A program made the translations under genes and the position numbers. The notes under the pieces are model-generated. The model searched no databases. It was not told where the DNA came from and saw nothing but the letters and a program-made list of their open reading frames with translations. Of a stretch of 64,000 bases of DNA, positions 40,481 to 54,305 are shown in pieces; position 1 is the stretch's first letter; each line of letters starts with the position of its first letter. Source of the DNA: Malacoraja senta (Eukaryota); contig JAXLNO010000213.1 in NCBI GenBank assembly GCA_038087875.1, positions 310,001-374,000 of the forward strand, read 5' to 3'.

Positions 40481-41624
40481 AATCCAGGCGTCTCACTGCA
40501 TTGGTTGACTCTAAATAATTAAAGCAATCAACAATGCATAACCACAACATGAATGCAACCAGTTAGATAGATAGATAGATAGATAGATATGCCTTTATTG
40601 TCTATTCAGACCGAAGTCAGGACGAAATTGCAGCAGTCATACATATAATACAATAAAAACAACAATAAACACATATTAACATCCACCACAGTGAGTCCAC
40701 CCAGCATCTCCTCACTGTGATGGAGGCAAAAGTCTTAGGTCTGCAGTCTCTTCCCTCCTCTTCTCCCTCTGCTCTGAGGCGATACCCCCGGGCGATGTTA
40801 TAACAGTCCCGCGGCTCAAACACCGCGGCCCGGGGTGGTCGAAGCTGCCACCCACCAGTCCTACAGACGTAGCCGCTGGCCCGCGGCCGAACCCCGGACT
40901 CAGGCCACCACCGCCAGAACACCGTCCCAGCCACCTCACGTGAGTACCGTGCCGTCTTCAGCCTCGGGCTGGGCCGCCCCGACATGGGCGCCGAACCTCC
41001 CCCGAGCCGGGCCGCCCCGACATGGGCGTCGCTTCTTCCCCGGGCCGGGCCGCCCCGACCTGGGCGTCGCTTCTCCCTCTGGCCGGGGTGCCCCGACTTG
41101 GGCGTCGCTTCTCCCCGCGACCGGGCCGCCCCGACTTGGGCGTCGCTGCTCCCGTGAAGCCGAGATGCCTTGCCCCAAGCTCCCTTATAAGAATGCACCC
41201 TATTGTTCACTGCCCGCTCTAATTTCAATGTAAAGAGTCAGATGTCCGTCCAAGCATTCTTAACACTCGTTTCATACTTTAACCTTTATTATTAAACAAA
41301 ACCTTAGATTTACGTGACTGCGAAGCGATCCGAGTGGAGGGAAAATACAAGATTGGAGGTAAATAGGGGCTGCTCGATCCTGCCCGCCTGTCGACACGGT
41401 CTTTGTCGGTCTTTGCAGTTATCAGCTATTCTGCTTAACAGTTCCCCTTAGCCATCATCTGTCCAATATTCCACAATTTTCACCCTCAAGATATCAAATG
41501 CTATGGCCTCCCCCATGCATAGTCATGTCTCAAACTAAAATTACCTCTGGATCGAATTCATCTCCATCTGCGCTGTCTCGGGTAAGCAGTCACCAGAATA
41601 AAGGACTATATTCATTTCACCAGT

Positions 41625-43480
41625 TCTCAAGATCATAAGTTATAGGAGTAGAATTGGGCCATTCGTCCCATTTAGTCTATTCCGGCATTCAATCGTGGCT
41701 GATCTGTACCCCCTAACGCCATTTTCCTGCCTCCTCCCCATAACCATTGACACCCGTTCTAATCAAGAATTTGTCTATCGCTGCCTTTAAAATATCCATT
41801 AACTTCCTTTCCACACCCACACTGCCTATGCCGTTCATTGTTCTGTAAGTTTCAATGAGGTTCCCCTCTCAACCTTCTAATCTCATACGAGTACATGCCC
41901 AGTGCTGTCAAACGCGTACCATGTGCTAACCCACTCATTCCTGGAATAATTCCTGTAAACCTCCTATGGACCCTCTCCAGAGCCAGGACATCCTTCCTCA
42001 GATGTTCTGCACACATGTTCTCACATTACTCCAAATGTGGGCCTGACCAGGGCCTTATGGATCCTCAGCATTACATCTCTGTTTTTGTATTCCAGTCCTC
42101 TTGGAATTTGCTTTCCTTGCAAATGTACTTTTTGAGAGTCCCACACCAACACTGCAAGTCCCTTTGCACCTCCGATTTCTGGATTCTCTCTCCATTTAGA
42201 AAGTAATCTACCCCTTTATTATTTTTACCAAAATGCATGACTCCGCACTCAGCTGTATTGAATCTCATCTGCCCACTCTCCCAACCTGTCCACGTTCTTG
42301 TGCGCAGTCCTTACTTCCACTGCACTGCCTGCCCCTCCAACAAGCTTAGCGTCATCTGCACACTTGGCCACAAAGATTTCAATCCACTTAGCCAAATCAT
42401 TAATATACAACGTGAAGAAAAGCGGCCCCTGCAGCGACAATTGCAGAACTCCACTGGTCACAGGCTGACAACCTGAATAAGCGCTTTTATTGCAACTCTT
42501 TGCCTTCTGCCATCCAGCCGACCCGCTATCCTTGCTAGTATCTTCCCTTCAGTACCATGGGATCTCATCTTCCCGAGCAGCCTGACGTGCGCACCAGTTC
42601 GAAGGCCTTCTGAAAATCTATGTAATCTACATCTACAGCCAACCTTCTGGCTGTCCCGCTATCAACTTCCTCAAAGAACTACAGCAGATTCGTCAGGCAA
42701 GATCTTCCCTTCACAAAACCATCCTGATTCGGCCCATTTCATCGTGAACTTCGAAGTAACCTCATCCTTTATAATTGACTCTATAATCTTATCTACCGTC
42801 GAAGTCAGGCTTACCGGCCTAGAGTTCCCGCTCTTCTACTCTGCTCCCTCCTTGTTCAGCGGTTTGATATTCGCAATTTTCCAATCTGCAGGAACTACTT
42901 CTAACTCTAATTATTCTAGAAATATCACAACAAATGCCTCCACAATCTCCGAGCCCACCTCCTTCAGAACCCTGGGGTGCAGTCCATCCGGTCCAGGCGA
43001 CTTATCCACTCTCAGACCTTTCAGTTTTCCTCGCACATTCTCCTAAGTAATCACTACTCCGCTAACTTCCTCCCCTGACTCTCTGGGATTGCAGGCACTT
43101 CCTGGTGTCTTTCACTGTGAATACTAATGCAAAAACCTTATTCAATTCCTCTGCCATTTGTTGATTTCCCGTTATCTTTTCCCCCGCATCATTCTCCAGC
43201 GGCCCAACGTCCAAACTTGCCTCTTGTTTACTCTTTATATATCCTCAGATACTCTTGCTATCATCTTTTATATTAAGAGAGAGTTGCATATAGCGCTTAG
43301 GGCTAACGGAATAAAGTGATATGTGCAGAAAGCAGGAACGGGGTATTGATTCTGGATGAAACGCCATGATCATATTGAATGGCGGTGCTGCCTCAAGGGG
43401 CCCAATAGCCTATCCTGCGTCTATTTTCTATGTCTCTATTGGCTAGCTTACATTTGTACTTCATCTTTCCTCTCCGCATT
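41625..43480 (-). mobile_element. Decayed CR1-type LINE ORF2, with a plus-strand CR1 tail at ~43275-43440
   Basis: Minus-strand PGPDGLHPRVLKEV and FTLYINDL...ADDAKL; 3' UTR near 41630-41800. Confidence 0.8.
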
Positions 43481-43589
43481 TAGACGAACGGTCCTTTTAT
43501 AAGCGAAGAATATAGCTCAGATCTCCCAAATGACACCATCGCGGACAGAGCACGTATTTCATCTGCTTTTCTTCAGTAACTAACATGCA

Positions 43590-44045
43590 TCAGCACCAGA
43601 ACCCAGGAAACAGCACACATTCTCGACTGGATCCTCGACTTTCTGACCGACAGTGAGGATAGGTGTCAATACCTGCTGTGCATAAAATATACGTTACCAT
43701 TGGTTCCCCTGAGCGACGTGTTCTCAGTCCCCTGCAATATTCCCTAGACGCTCATGACTTGCGAGCAAGTTCGACTCGAGCCCCATCTATAAATTTGCAG
43801 ATGAAGCCAATGTGGCGGGCCGGTTCAAGAACAATGACGGGACTAAATACAGGTAGGAGATAGGGAAGTTGGTAACATGGCACCAGGACAAAAACCTCGC
43901 CCTGAATACACGCAAGACGAAGGTGTTGATTATCAACTCCAGGATGTAAACTGGAGTACCTGCCCAAATCAGCATCAATTGTGCAGAAGAGTAAATGGTT
44001 GAGATATTCATGTTCCTTGGAGATAGTATTACCAATGATCTTCGT
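43590..44045 (+). mobile_element. Old Rex1/Babar-like RT fragment
   Basis: Broken frames contain GSP...VLSPLQYSL, KFADEA and WHQDKNLALNTRKTKVLIIN. Confidence 0.6.
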
Positions 44046-45599
44046 TTGATGTGATTGAATGTATGTATTGTTCACCTGTTTTCTTTCAATAACATGGAAA
44101 ACAAACATTTTCGGTTTAGCGTGGTACACGTACTAATAATAAACATTAATCTGCATTCCGCATTATGGTATATTTTTCTTTGCACTGCCTGCTGCACGTA
44201 TACATAACGTATAGAAATGTACAGCACAGGAAAATGCATTTCGGCCCGTAACGTCTGGGCCGACCATGATTAATTAATTAAGTTAAATTAATGTCATCTG
44301 CTTACACATGATGCATATCCCTCAAGCCTTTGCTAACATCCTCCACCAACAACATTGGAAGCGCGGCCAGGCATCTGCCACCCTCTGTGTGAAGAAACGT
44401 GCCCCACACATTTCAGTTGAACTGATCTCTCTTACGTCAAAGCCATGCCTTCTAGCCTTTGTATTTTCATCAATATGCTAAAACTTTAACGCCCTCTCCA
44501 AATCCTTCGCACCCTGCAGCGGAGAGCAGATGGATCAGTGGGTCAGGCAGCATTTGTGGTGGGAATTGACAGACGTTGTTTCCTGATAGGTGCTTTCCCC
44601 CGACCTCTTCGTGGTCCCGACACAAAACGCCGTCTGTCCATTCCCTGCACAGATGCAGCCCGAAGCGCAGATTTCCTCCATCCATTTGTGTTTTCCTCGC
44701 ATTGGTTATTCCGCTTCAGATTAGCTACAGCAACTATAACGCAGTCAGATATAGTGAGATATGTAACCGTGCAAATGAAGCATAAGACGGAATAGGAGGG
44801 AACGACATATGACACAGCGCAGCAGTAGAAAAAGGGCAGGACAAGACAGAAAACGATAGATGGAATATAGTCTAAGATTCCTTGTCAGGATTTGAACATG
44901 CATCTCCTGTCGCTCTCCGTTGGCGGAGACAAGCACACAATAATTTATGACACTTTCCACTGTGAACTTTCAAATGACGGAGCACGCGGATATTTACTTT
45001 GGTTCGTTCATGCGCTCGTGATTGCCGCCCAGTTCTGTTTCCTGCGGGTCAATAACAGTCAGCAGATCAGTGTATCACTAAGGTATAGAACACCATCCGG
45101 TTTTTAATAATTTCGCTACCTCCCATTTAATATATAATTCCAAATTATTCGTCAGGATGTCGTGCTTCAAATTAGCTCGTAATTCCACACTGTATTATTT
45201 ATGGTGTTGCTATGGAACAAGTCCAAGATCCGCAACCTCACACCCCAGTTCCCTTCCCCCCTTTGGACCATGTCCCCCGCTTCTCAGGTTAAGTCCCACA
45301 TCCAGCAGACGTTCGGTAGTGAAACAGTCACGATATTTAAAAAAAAAAGATTGTACGGGTGCATTTAAAGGAATGGTTAAAATGTATGTGAAAGAATCGC
45401 AGTGAAAACAAACTCGCGTTGACGGGGCATCGCGGTTAGCGGGGATGAGTTGAGCCAAATAACTAGATTCAATGCAGTAAGGCTCTGTGAATTGGATTGG
45501 TGATTCAAATGGCCATTATACCCTGTTCTATGTAAGTATGTGCGCAGTAGAAATTTGGGCAGTTGAGTGAGAATATTGGGAGATCAAACTGGGTTGAGA

Positions 45600-48347
45600 T
45601 CAAATGTATGTTGAGCTATCGGCATGGATCAAGTAGCCTGCTTCTGTAATGTATGGGCCCACGAACACACGTGCACGAATTCTTCTCAGTGGGAATTTAA
45701 TCGCGTTCATCAGCTCCTGTCTGAATTTACTCTGGGTCACCACGTAAATACACGTGTTGGTGCAGGAACTGAGCAGCTGCAGGAACATCGACGTGACACG
45801 CGTGATATAGTAATAACCGGTGGGAGAGCCGTCATATCCGGTCTTCGCAATACTGGTAAAGATGTAAAAGACAGCTTGTGTTCCCCACAGCAATATGAAA
45901 GTGCCAGTGATACTAAAGAGTAAAACAATAGATTTCCTGCGGTTCTCCATCTCCGGGTCCTTGTCATTCTCTCCGTTGCTGCGGCCCCGGAGCCCCCTGC
46001 GGGCTCTGCTGGCCGCTACAATCCGCCTGACCGTCAGCACATTGAGCAGAAGGATCAGAAAGAACGGGACACGAGGGGTTAGAATGCGATGTGTGACATC
46101 ATATGCGATCCATGCAGACGACGTATAGAAGGTGGGTGTTTCGGAGCAACGCCAGGGAAGATTATCAAACACATAGCGAGGTTCTAACGTGAAACACCGG
46201 GGGGCGTTCTCTAAACAGCCCAGCACACCCACTGCCCCGATAATCACAGCCGCCGTTCTCTCAGTGCAATATCTTGTTTTCAGCTTCTCACAACAAATAG
46301 CCACAAACCGATCCAAGGTGAATGCGACCGTCAGCCAGACAGAGACCGCGGTGATTGTAAAGACCAGGAATGAGATAGTCGCGCACACGGGAGAAATGTT
46401 CAGAAAAGATTCCGGGAAGTGAACTAGAATAGTCTGACGTAGAAACGGGTCAGTGGTGCCGACCAGAAGATCAGACGCTGCCATGGCCACCAGGTAGAGA
46501 GTGATGCATTTGGAGAGACCGCATTTACCTCGACAGAGAATCACAATCGCCAGCAAGTTCACTGTGAGAGAGAGAAGAGATATCACTGACACGAGACCCG
46601 CACAAAAGTATCTGAGTAACATTGTCTGATTGGAATGTTTTCAAAGTTGGATGGGTTGACCAAATGACCTTTAGCCCCGACAGAGTTCAGAGAGTGCAGC
46701 CTTTGGACCGCGGTGTTCACGCAACTCATCAAACACCAATGTATATTACGCTCACAGCTTTTAATTCTCCCCACATTCTTATCAACTGTCTCCCAGATTG
46801 CAGCATCCATCTACACAAAGTCTCGTATACAGTAGTTACAGAAACCACTAATAGGCAGCAGCTCAATTGCATGTGGGAGGAAACAAGAGCGCAGCCAGGA
46901 GTAGCGCGGCGTCGGAGGACGAACGATGAAACATTGCACAAATAGCACGGGAGGTAGAGAATGAACCTGCGTCTCCGGAACTGTGCGACACCTGCAGTGC
47001 TGACTGTGGCACGGTAGCGAGGATGTACGCATAATTCTGAGGATATTAATTCGAATTTACACATCGTCCAAAGGAGAGGATATCAAGATACAAAACTTTA
47101 ACAGACATAACATTACGTGACAGCATTTGTTTACAATTCAATTTACACATAGTAAAATCGTGACACTTTCATAGAGTCAGAGCCCAGTACGTGACATTCA
47201 CTTGCTTTCTCTAATGAGCTGTAGAATTACAGGTCTCAAATTTGATAATAGTTCTTGGTTTCTTGGTTCTCCAAAATATTACAAATGGAATTTAAACTGG
47301 AGTTGGTGTTAGGGAGGACTTAAGCCAGAACGGGTTTTGGGGAAGAAAGCGCTACCTTAAATTTAGTTGCATCTGGTTGGGTAACTATGGTAGGTTGAAG
47401 ATTATTCCATGCTTTAATTGTGTGGGGGAAGAACGAATTGCTGTACACATCTGTCTTGGTAGTTGGAATCACAAATTGGATGGAATGCCCTCGTCTGCTC
47501 CTAATTGGTTTGGGTTTGGTGTAGGTCTTGGAATTATGACGCGCTGACAATTTAACATTTTGTAAAAGCAGGTCAAACGGTGAGCTTCAGGTCTGTCTTG
47601 GAGAGGGTTCCACCCCAGAGAATTTAGAAGTTTGGTAACACTCGCTTATCTCTCATAGGTGTTAGTAACATATCGAGCTGCCTGTCTATGGGCACGTTCG
47701 ATGGAAGAAATGCTGCAACTGCGTAGTCCAAATGAGGTCTAACGAGGGTGAAGTGTAGCTTCTCCTTGACAGAAGTTGAACAATGATGAAAGTTGCTTCA
47801 CGTAGCGACGGCTGCAGAAAATATATCGTTTATATATTCAGTTTAGCAGGGTTGTCGGATTGGGAACAGATGTAATTTCACTAACTGCTTTCAGACTATC
47901 CATGGAAGGAGCCCAAGATGCCATCTCCCAGCTCCTGGTCAACATATATCCAATCTCAGAGTCTCCTAACTGGAAGAAGGACACTCCTGCAACTATTGTC
48001 TATTGTCTACTGCCTATCGTAATTATCTGATACCTGCTCTCTGGTCAGGGCTCCGGCCAACGCATTGAGTACAGAGAGTGATACAGGCCACGATAAACAA
48101 CGCGCATGACGTACACATTACGGCAGTTACAGTAGGTAAATGGATGCCTGACCAAATTAAACAAGTGAATTATTGAAACAGAAAAAAACATGTTTGTTTA
48201 ACCACGGCAGCGGCGGAGAACACGGAATGTCTCCCAGCTAATGCACGTACATGAAAATCAAAGACCAAACAAAGTACCGGAAACAGCGACAGCCGCTATT
48301 ACATGGTAATATATATCTTCAATTCGATAGATCAACGGATATCCCAT
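45600..48347 (-). CDS. Gene B: apparently intact GPR139/GPR142-like class A orphan GPCR, join(48347..48278,46561..45600), 343 aa
   Basis: Exon 1 reads MGYPLIYRIEDIYYHVIAAVAVS+G, then donor GTACTT. Acceptor is tctctctcacAG with a phase-1 join into VNLLAIVILCRGKCGLSKC. Exon 2 is open with AMAASDLL, TLDRFVAICC, ENRRKSIVLL and SSCTNTCIY. 70+962=1032 nt. Confidence 0.85.
47250..47798 (-). mobile_element. Second-lineage CR1-group LINE 3' end in gene B intron
   Basis: Reverse complement of 20330-20900; absent from the paralogous intron of gene A. Confidence 0.8.
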
Positions 48348-49079
48348 AGCTGGAAGACACAATTAGCTCATGTGGCTCCGTCAGTCCGTCAACGCTGCAG
48401 CTCTGTGGCGATGCGTTTTGGTGGGCACCGAGATATATAGAACGATAGTTCTCCAGCGACATGACCTGCTGATTGTCATTAGTGACACTCACGGAACAAA
48501 CACCTTGCATCACAGCCGCTGAATCAATCCACCACGGGGGATTACGAGCAAATAATTGAAGGATTGACAAAAAAAACACAAAAGAGTCGCTGAACTCTGA
48601 GTTCTGAATAACCGCCCCGATCCGAAACGTCACCTGTACATGTTCACAAAAATCGTTGCACGATCCCTTGAGTTAATCCAGCACTTTACTTCGATGAAAA
48701 TAAGAATTAATGTTTTCCAATGAAAGAATGGTCCATGGCACTGTGATGTTTCATTTAATGTTGGTGTGATTTCGATGAATTTCTCCAGGGCTCCAGACTG
48801 AATTATAAATGTATCTAAACTACCAGCACTCAATCTTCCGGTTCATGCAAGCCAATCTCCCACTGCAACTTTCCATATTTTATTGCGGAAATAAAGCATT
48901 ATTTATTTCTGGCGAAGGTGCAATAGGGTCAATAGACAATAGAGAATAGATAATATGTGCAGGAGTAGGCCATTTGGCCCATCGAGCCAGCACTGCCTTT
49001 AAATGTGATCATGGCTGATCATCCCCAATCAGTACCCCGTTCCTGCCTTCTCCCCATGTCCGCAGACTCTTCTATATTT

Positions 49080-52000
49080 CTTCCTTTCTTTTACAATCTT
49101 TTCATTGTTTTTTTTCCAAAAAACAAAACAAAAATAAAACATAAAAAACAGAGCAAAAAGAATAATGATAAACATAACAATGGTTTTGATACATAGGGAT
49201 CATGATTACATTAATAACAGGTATGACCTAATATGAGACCAGTGTCAACATACACAATGACTATAGACCTCCCGGTCTCTATGTAAATATAGTTACACCT
49301 TTAAAAGGAAACTTATCAATGTAAAAAAAACACAAAGATAAAAAGACAAAAGAAAAAGAAAAAAAGGAAAAAACAAAACCCCCCTAAACTAAAGGAAAAA
49401 AAATAAAAATTGATAATAATAAAGCAAGAATAAAAATAAAATAAATAAAAAAACAAAGCAAAGCAAAACCGAATCTGAACTGAGAATTTCAACAATTTAA
49501 GTCTGTTTGTCGTCGAGTCCGTTCCACCCTATAGACGTAAAATAGTTTTTATAACGGTTAAAGAGGGAGCAATTTGTGTTGTGTGAAAGTGTTCAATAAA
49601 TTTCCCCTAAGTCTTATCAAATTTAACCAAGGGTTCAACAATGTCACTCCTGATTTTTTCTAAATTTAAACATGATATCGTTTCAGAATACGACTGGAGT
49701 GTGGTCGGAGGGTTGGAGTCTTTCCATTTAAATAAAATAAATCTTCTGGGGATTAATGTGGTAAAAGCAATCAACCGATGGGCGGAGCGGGACAAATGAA
49801 TAGAATCTAACATTGGTAGCCCAAAAATTGCAGTAATAGGATGAGGGTGTAAATCTATACCTAAGACTACAGAAATAGTATCAACAATTTCTTTCCAATA
49901 TTTTTCCAAAAGAGGGCAGGACCAAAACATATGGGTCAGTGAGGCCACTTCAAAATTACATCTGTCACAGGTAGGATTTATATGACCATAAAAACGAGCT
50001 AACTTATCTTTTGACATTTGAGCTCTGTGAACCACCTTGAATTGTATCAAAGCCTGCCTTGCACACATTGAAGAGGTATTAACTAATTGAAGAATCCTCT
50101 CCCATTTCTCTGTAGATAAAAAAAATTGGAGTTCTCTTTCCCAGTCATTCTTAATTTTATCAAATGTATCTATTTGTAATTTCAAAATCAACTCATAAAT
50201 AGTCGTTAATTATCCTTTCTGATAAGGGTTCAACTGTAAAAAAATCCAAAATTTCGGATTGATGTGGTAACGGAAAAAGCGGTAGAGTAGCCTTCAAAAA
50301 ATGTCTAATTTGTAAATATCTAAAAAAATGTGAATTAGCTAAGTTAAATTTCATTGGAGAGTTGTTCGAAAGACATAAAACAACCCTCCAGAAACAAATC
50401 ACGAAAAGCTACTAAACCCTTCCTCTCCCATAAGAAAAAGACTTGATCAGTATTAGATGGTTGGAAGAGAAAATTGGATAAAATAGGACTCGATAAGATA
50501 AAATCAGTTAGTCCAAAAAACTTACGAAATTGAAACCATATTCGGAACGTATGTCTTATTATTGGGTTAGTCGTATATTTATTCAATCTCGTAATTGTAA
50601 AAAGTAACGATGCCGCTAGAATAGAAGCCAATGATAACCCTTGTAAGGAATCACGTTCTGGGTTTATCCATCCTTGGGCATTGGGTATCTTCTAAATCTT
50701 TTGTCCACAATGTTAAATAACGAACATTGACTGCCCAATAGTAGAGTCTAAGGTTCGGCAATGCCAAACCACCATTTTTTTTTCTGTAAATTATTTTTAC
50801 CTAATCTGGGATTTTTATTCTGCCATATATATGAACAAATTGTGGAATCTATAATATCGAAGAAAGATTTGGCAATAAAAATTGGTATCGTCTGAAATAA
50901 ATACAGAAATATAGGTAAAATGAACATTTTAATAGCATTTATTCGGCCAATTAAGGATAAGGACGTTGGTGACCATTTAACAAACTGATGTTTAATATGG
51001 TAAATTAAATGCATAAAATTAGCTTTAAATAAATCCTTGGTGTTTCTTGGTCATCTTAATACGTAAATAAGTAAAACTTTCGGTAGTCAATCTAAATGGA
51101 AACTGTCCATAACTCGAAACAACATTATTTAATGGAAAAAGCTCACTCTTACTAAGATTTAGTTTACAACCAGAAAAAACGACTAAATTGGTTAAGTAAT
51201 GCTACTATTGTGGAATAGATTTCTCATGGTTAGAAATAAATAATAACAGATCATCTGCATAAAGAGATAGCTTATGTGTCTTATTCCCGCGGACAATACC
51301 AAAAATATTAGGGGATTCCATAATAGCGGTGGCTAAAGGTTCCAAATCAATATCAAATAGTAAAGGGCTTAAGGGACAGCCCTGTCTAGTACATCGAAAG
51401 AGCCTGAAAAAAGGGGATCTCTGATTATTAGTAAATACAGAAGCCTGAGGTATAAGATACATCAGTTTGATCCAAGAGATAAATTTTGGACCAATCTTAA
51501 ATTTTTCAAGTGTTTTGAATAAGTATTCCCATTCTACTCTATCTAACGCCTTCTCGGCCTCAAGTGAGATGACACATTCTGGGGTTTTATTAGACGCTGT
51601 ATATACAATATTCATTAATCTCCTAACGTTGAAGTGTGAGTAACGATTTTTAATAAAACCATCTCTGATCTTCAGAGATAATTTGCGGTAAAATCTTTTC
51701 CAATCTCATAGCTAATATTTTGGAAAGAATTTTGAAATCTACATTTAACATTGATATAGGTCTATATGATGTCACTTCAGTAGGGTCTTTATCTTTTTTA
51801 AGAATTAAAGAAATAGAAGCTTCATAAAAAGATTGTGGTAATCTATTCCTTAAAAAGGCTTCTTTAAATACCTTGCATAGCCATGGAGACAATAAATTTG
51901 AAAAATACTTTAAAAATTCTACTGTAAACCCATCTAAACCGGGAGCTTTACCAGAATTCTTTGAAAAAATTGCTTTCTGTATTTCTTCTTCCGTGATGGG

Positions 52001-52990
52001 TTCATCTAACAACAGAGAATCATTATATGGTAAATTTGGTAAGTCCAGTTTCCTTAAAAACTCATGCATTATATGGGAATCAGTAGGAAAATCTGATTGG
52101 TATAGGGAGGTATAAAATTCCTGAAAGGTTTGATTAATTTCGTCATGGTCTACAGTTACTGTACCATCCCGCTTACTCACTTTAGTAATCTGACGCTTGG
52201 CCGACACTGCTTTCAATTGATTAGCAAGTAATTTACTAGATTTTTCGCCATGTATAAAAAAATGACTTTTGGTTTTACGTAACTGGTTCTCAATCGGTGA
52301 TACTAATAACAAATCATATCTCAATTGAAGTTCAACTCTATTCTTATAGAGCTATAAACTAGGAACTTTTGAATATTTTTCATCAATTTCTTTAATCTCG
52401 TCAGTCAATGTGCGTATTTCTTTTTGTGTTTCTTTTTTTAATCCCGCAGAGTATGAAATAATTTGGCCACGAATATATGCCTTAAAAGCATCCGAGACGA
52501 CACCACTGGATATCTCTTCAGTAGAGTTTGTCAAGAAGTAAAAAGCAATCTGATCTTTCATAAAATTAATAACGTTTAAGTCTTGAAGCATTAAATCGCC
52601 ATTGTTTAGCACTAAACTTGGAATCAGGTAGTTCGATCAATAGTTTCAATGGTGCATGATCAGAAATAGCAATTGCATCATACTCACATGCAATGACCGA
52701 TGGAACTAGCCGGGAATCTAGTAAAAAATAGTCGATCCGAGAATAACTACGATATACATGAGAGAAAAATGAAAATTCTTTGTCATTTGGGTGTAATATT
52801 CTCCAAATTTCTAACATTCCCGAGTCAAGTCAAAATTAATTAATAAAATTAGCTGATTTATTTGGAAGCACATCATCAAATGTAGACCTGTCAATCGCGG
52901 GATTCAGACAGCAATTGAAATCTCCACCCATTATTAAAAAGTGTTCATTTAAATTAGGAAAGGATGCAATTAACTTTTTTTAAAAATCAG
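49080..52990 (-). mobile_element. L1-clade LINE, 5'-truncated, frameshifted ORF2
   Basis: Endonuclease motifs (MGGDFNC, YSRIDYFL, ISDHAPL), RT motifs (YRPISMLNVDFKIL, RQGCPLSPLLF, LYADDLLL), a CCHC motif (CDRC...HMFWSC) and a T-rich 3' UTR. Confidence 0.9.
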
Positions 52991-53220
52991 GAATTCTCTG
53001 CCACAGAAGGTAGTTGAGGCCAGTTCATTGGCTATATTTAAGAGGGAGTTAAATGTGGCTCTTGTGGCTAAAGGGATCAGGGGGTATGGAGAGAAGGCAG
53101 GTACAGGATACTGAGTTGGATGATCAGCCATGGTCATATTGAATGGCGGCGCAGGCTCGAAGGGCCGAATGGCCTACTCCTGCACCTATTTTCTATGTTT
53201 GTATGTCTATGTTTCTATGC
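52991..53220 (+). mobile_element. CR1-type 3' tail
   Basis: ggaattctctgcc... through (ctatgttt)n. Confidence 0.75.
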
Positions 53221-53221
53221 A

Positions 53222-53600
53222 AGTGGTGAAAGTGGAAAGGGAGTTTGGAATTACAGTTGAGTTTTAAGTACTATCGCTTTCTTCTTCGATAGAGTGAGTT
53301 GTGGAGGTCCACGCTTGTGTAAACACTCCGTTTAATAATTATACGATGCAGCCCCGTCGGTCACGAACTTCAACCACCAAATCCTTTGTACACCAACCCC
53401 ACGATGGCCGAGTAATTAGTTTGCCCAGATCACGACGGCCCGCCACGTGACCACGTGGTTGGTCTGTCCAGATCACGCCCGGTCCACGCAAGAGCTCGTG
53501 CCCGAACCACGCCGGTTCGATATCAAAATGGCTCAGCCCACCACATGACGCCCTCTCCACCTCCAGAACCGGAGTAATGGAGGCGGTTAGCTCACGAGTG
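53222..53600. repeat. Unclassified ~380-bp repeat; second copy at ~60340-60720
   Basis: Near-identical direct copies, each followed by a Rex/Babar fragment. Confidence 0.8.
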
Positions 53601-53604
53601 ATTT

Positions 53605-54305
53605 TAGTTTTTTGAGTAGAGCTAACACTCGTGGAAACATGTTGATTTTATGTCTGGCTGTATGACAGATTTGACAGTCCGTAGTCGCCTTCCAGAGTGA
53701 TTCAAAGAGTTTGTGGCCAGTGTGAGAGGGGTCAGAGTTGATCTTACCCGCTCGTTACCTGGCCCTTACAGTGTACAGTTCATCAATGGAGGGAAGGTTG
53801 CAGCCAATAACCTTCTCAGCTGATCGGACGATTCGCTGCAGCCTCCAGGTGTCGTGCTTGGTGGCTGAGCCAAACCAGGCCATGATGGAGACGATGAGGA
53901 CAGACTCGACGATGGCCGTGTAGAATTGGACCATCATTGCCTTTGGCAGATTGTGCTTCCTCAGCTGCGGCAGGAAGTACATCATCTGTTGTGCCCTTCT
54001 GACTGTGGAGTCGATGGTGGCCCCCCATTTAAGGTCCTTGGAGATGATGGTTCTCAGGAACTCCACAGATGTGATTCTGGGGGCCGTAGGTTGCCGACCT
54101 CTCCTCTAACATAATCTAAAATACTTCACATATGTGACTGTGGTGTTGTTGATGGTGATTGGTGGTGAGGGGAGGGGGAGCGCTACTGAAGTCTACAATC
54201 AATTACACTGTCTTAAGAGCATTGAGCTCCAGGTTGTTGCGATGGCACCAGGACGCCATGTGTGTCACTTCCTGTCTGCAGGCAAACTTCCTGTTGGCTT
54301 GAATT
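53605..54305 (-). mobile_element. Rex1/Babar-like LINE fragment
   Basis: Encodes FLRTIISKDLKW...VRRAQQMMYFL...WRLQRIVRSAEKVIG. Confidence 0.8.

Noticed and set aside
46562..46622. ORF-track N-termini of the GPCRs (MLLRYFCAG..., MSELKVIC..., MLIFVSS...)
   Set aside because: These are intronic read-through upstream of the splice acceptors; real first exons were found 1.7-2.0 kb upstream.
45600..48347. Assigning the symbol GPR139 or GPR142
   Set aside because: The motifs show family resemblance only; orthology cannot be established without a phylogeny.
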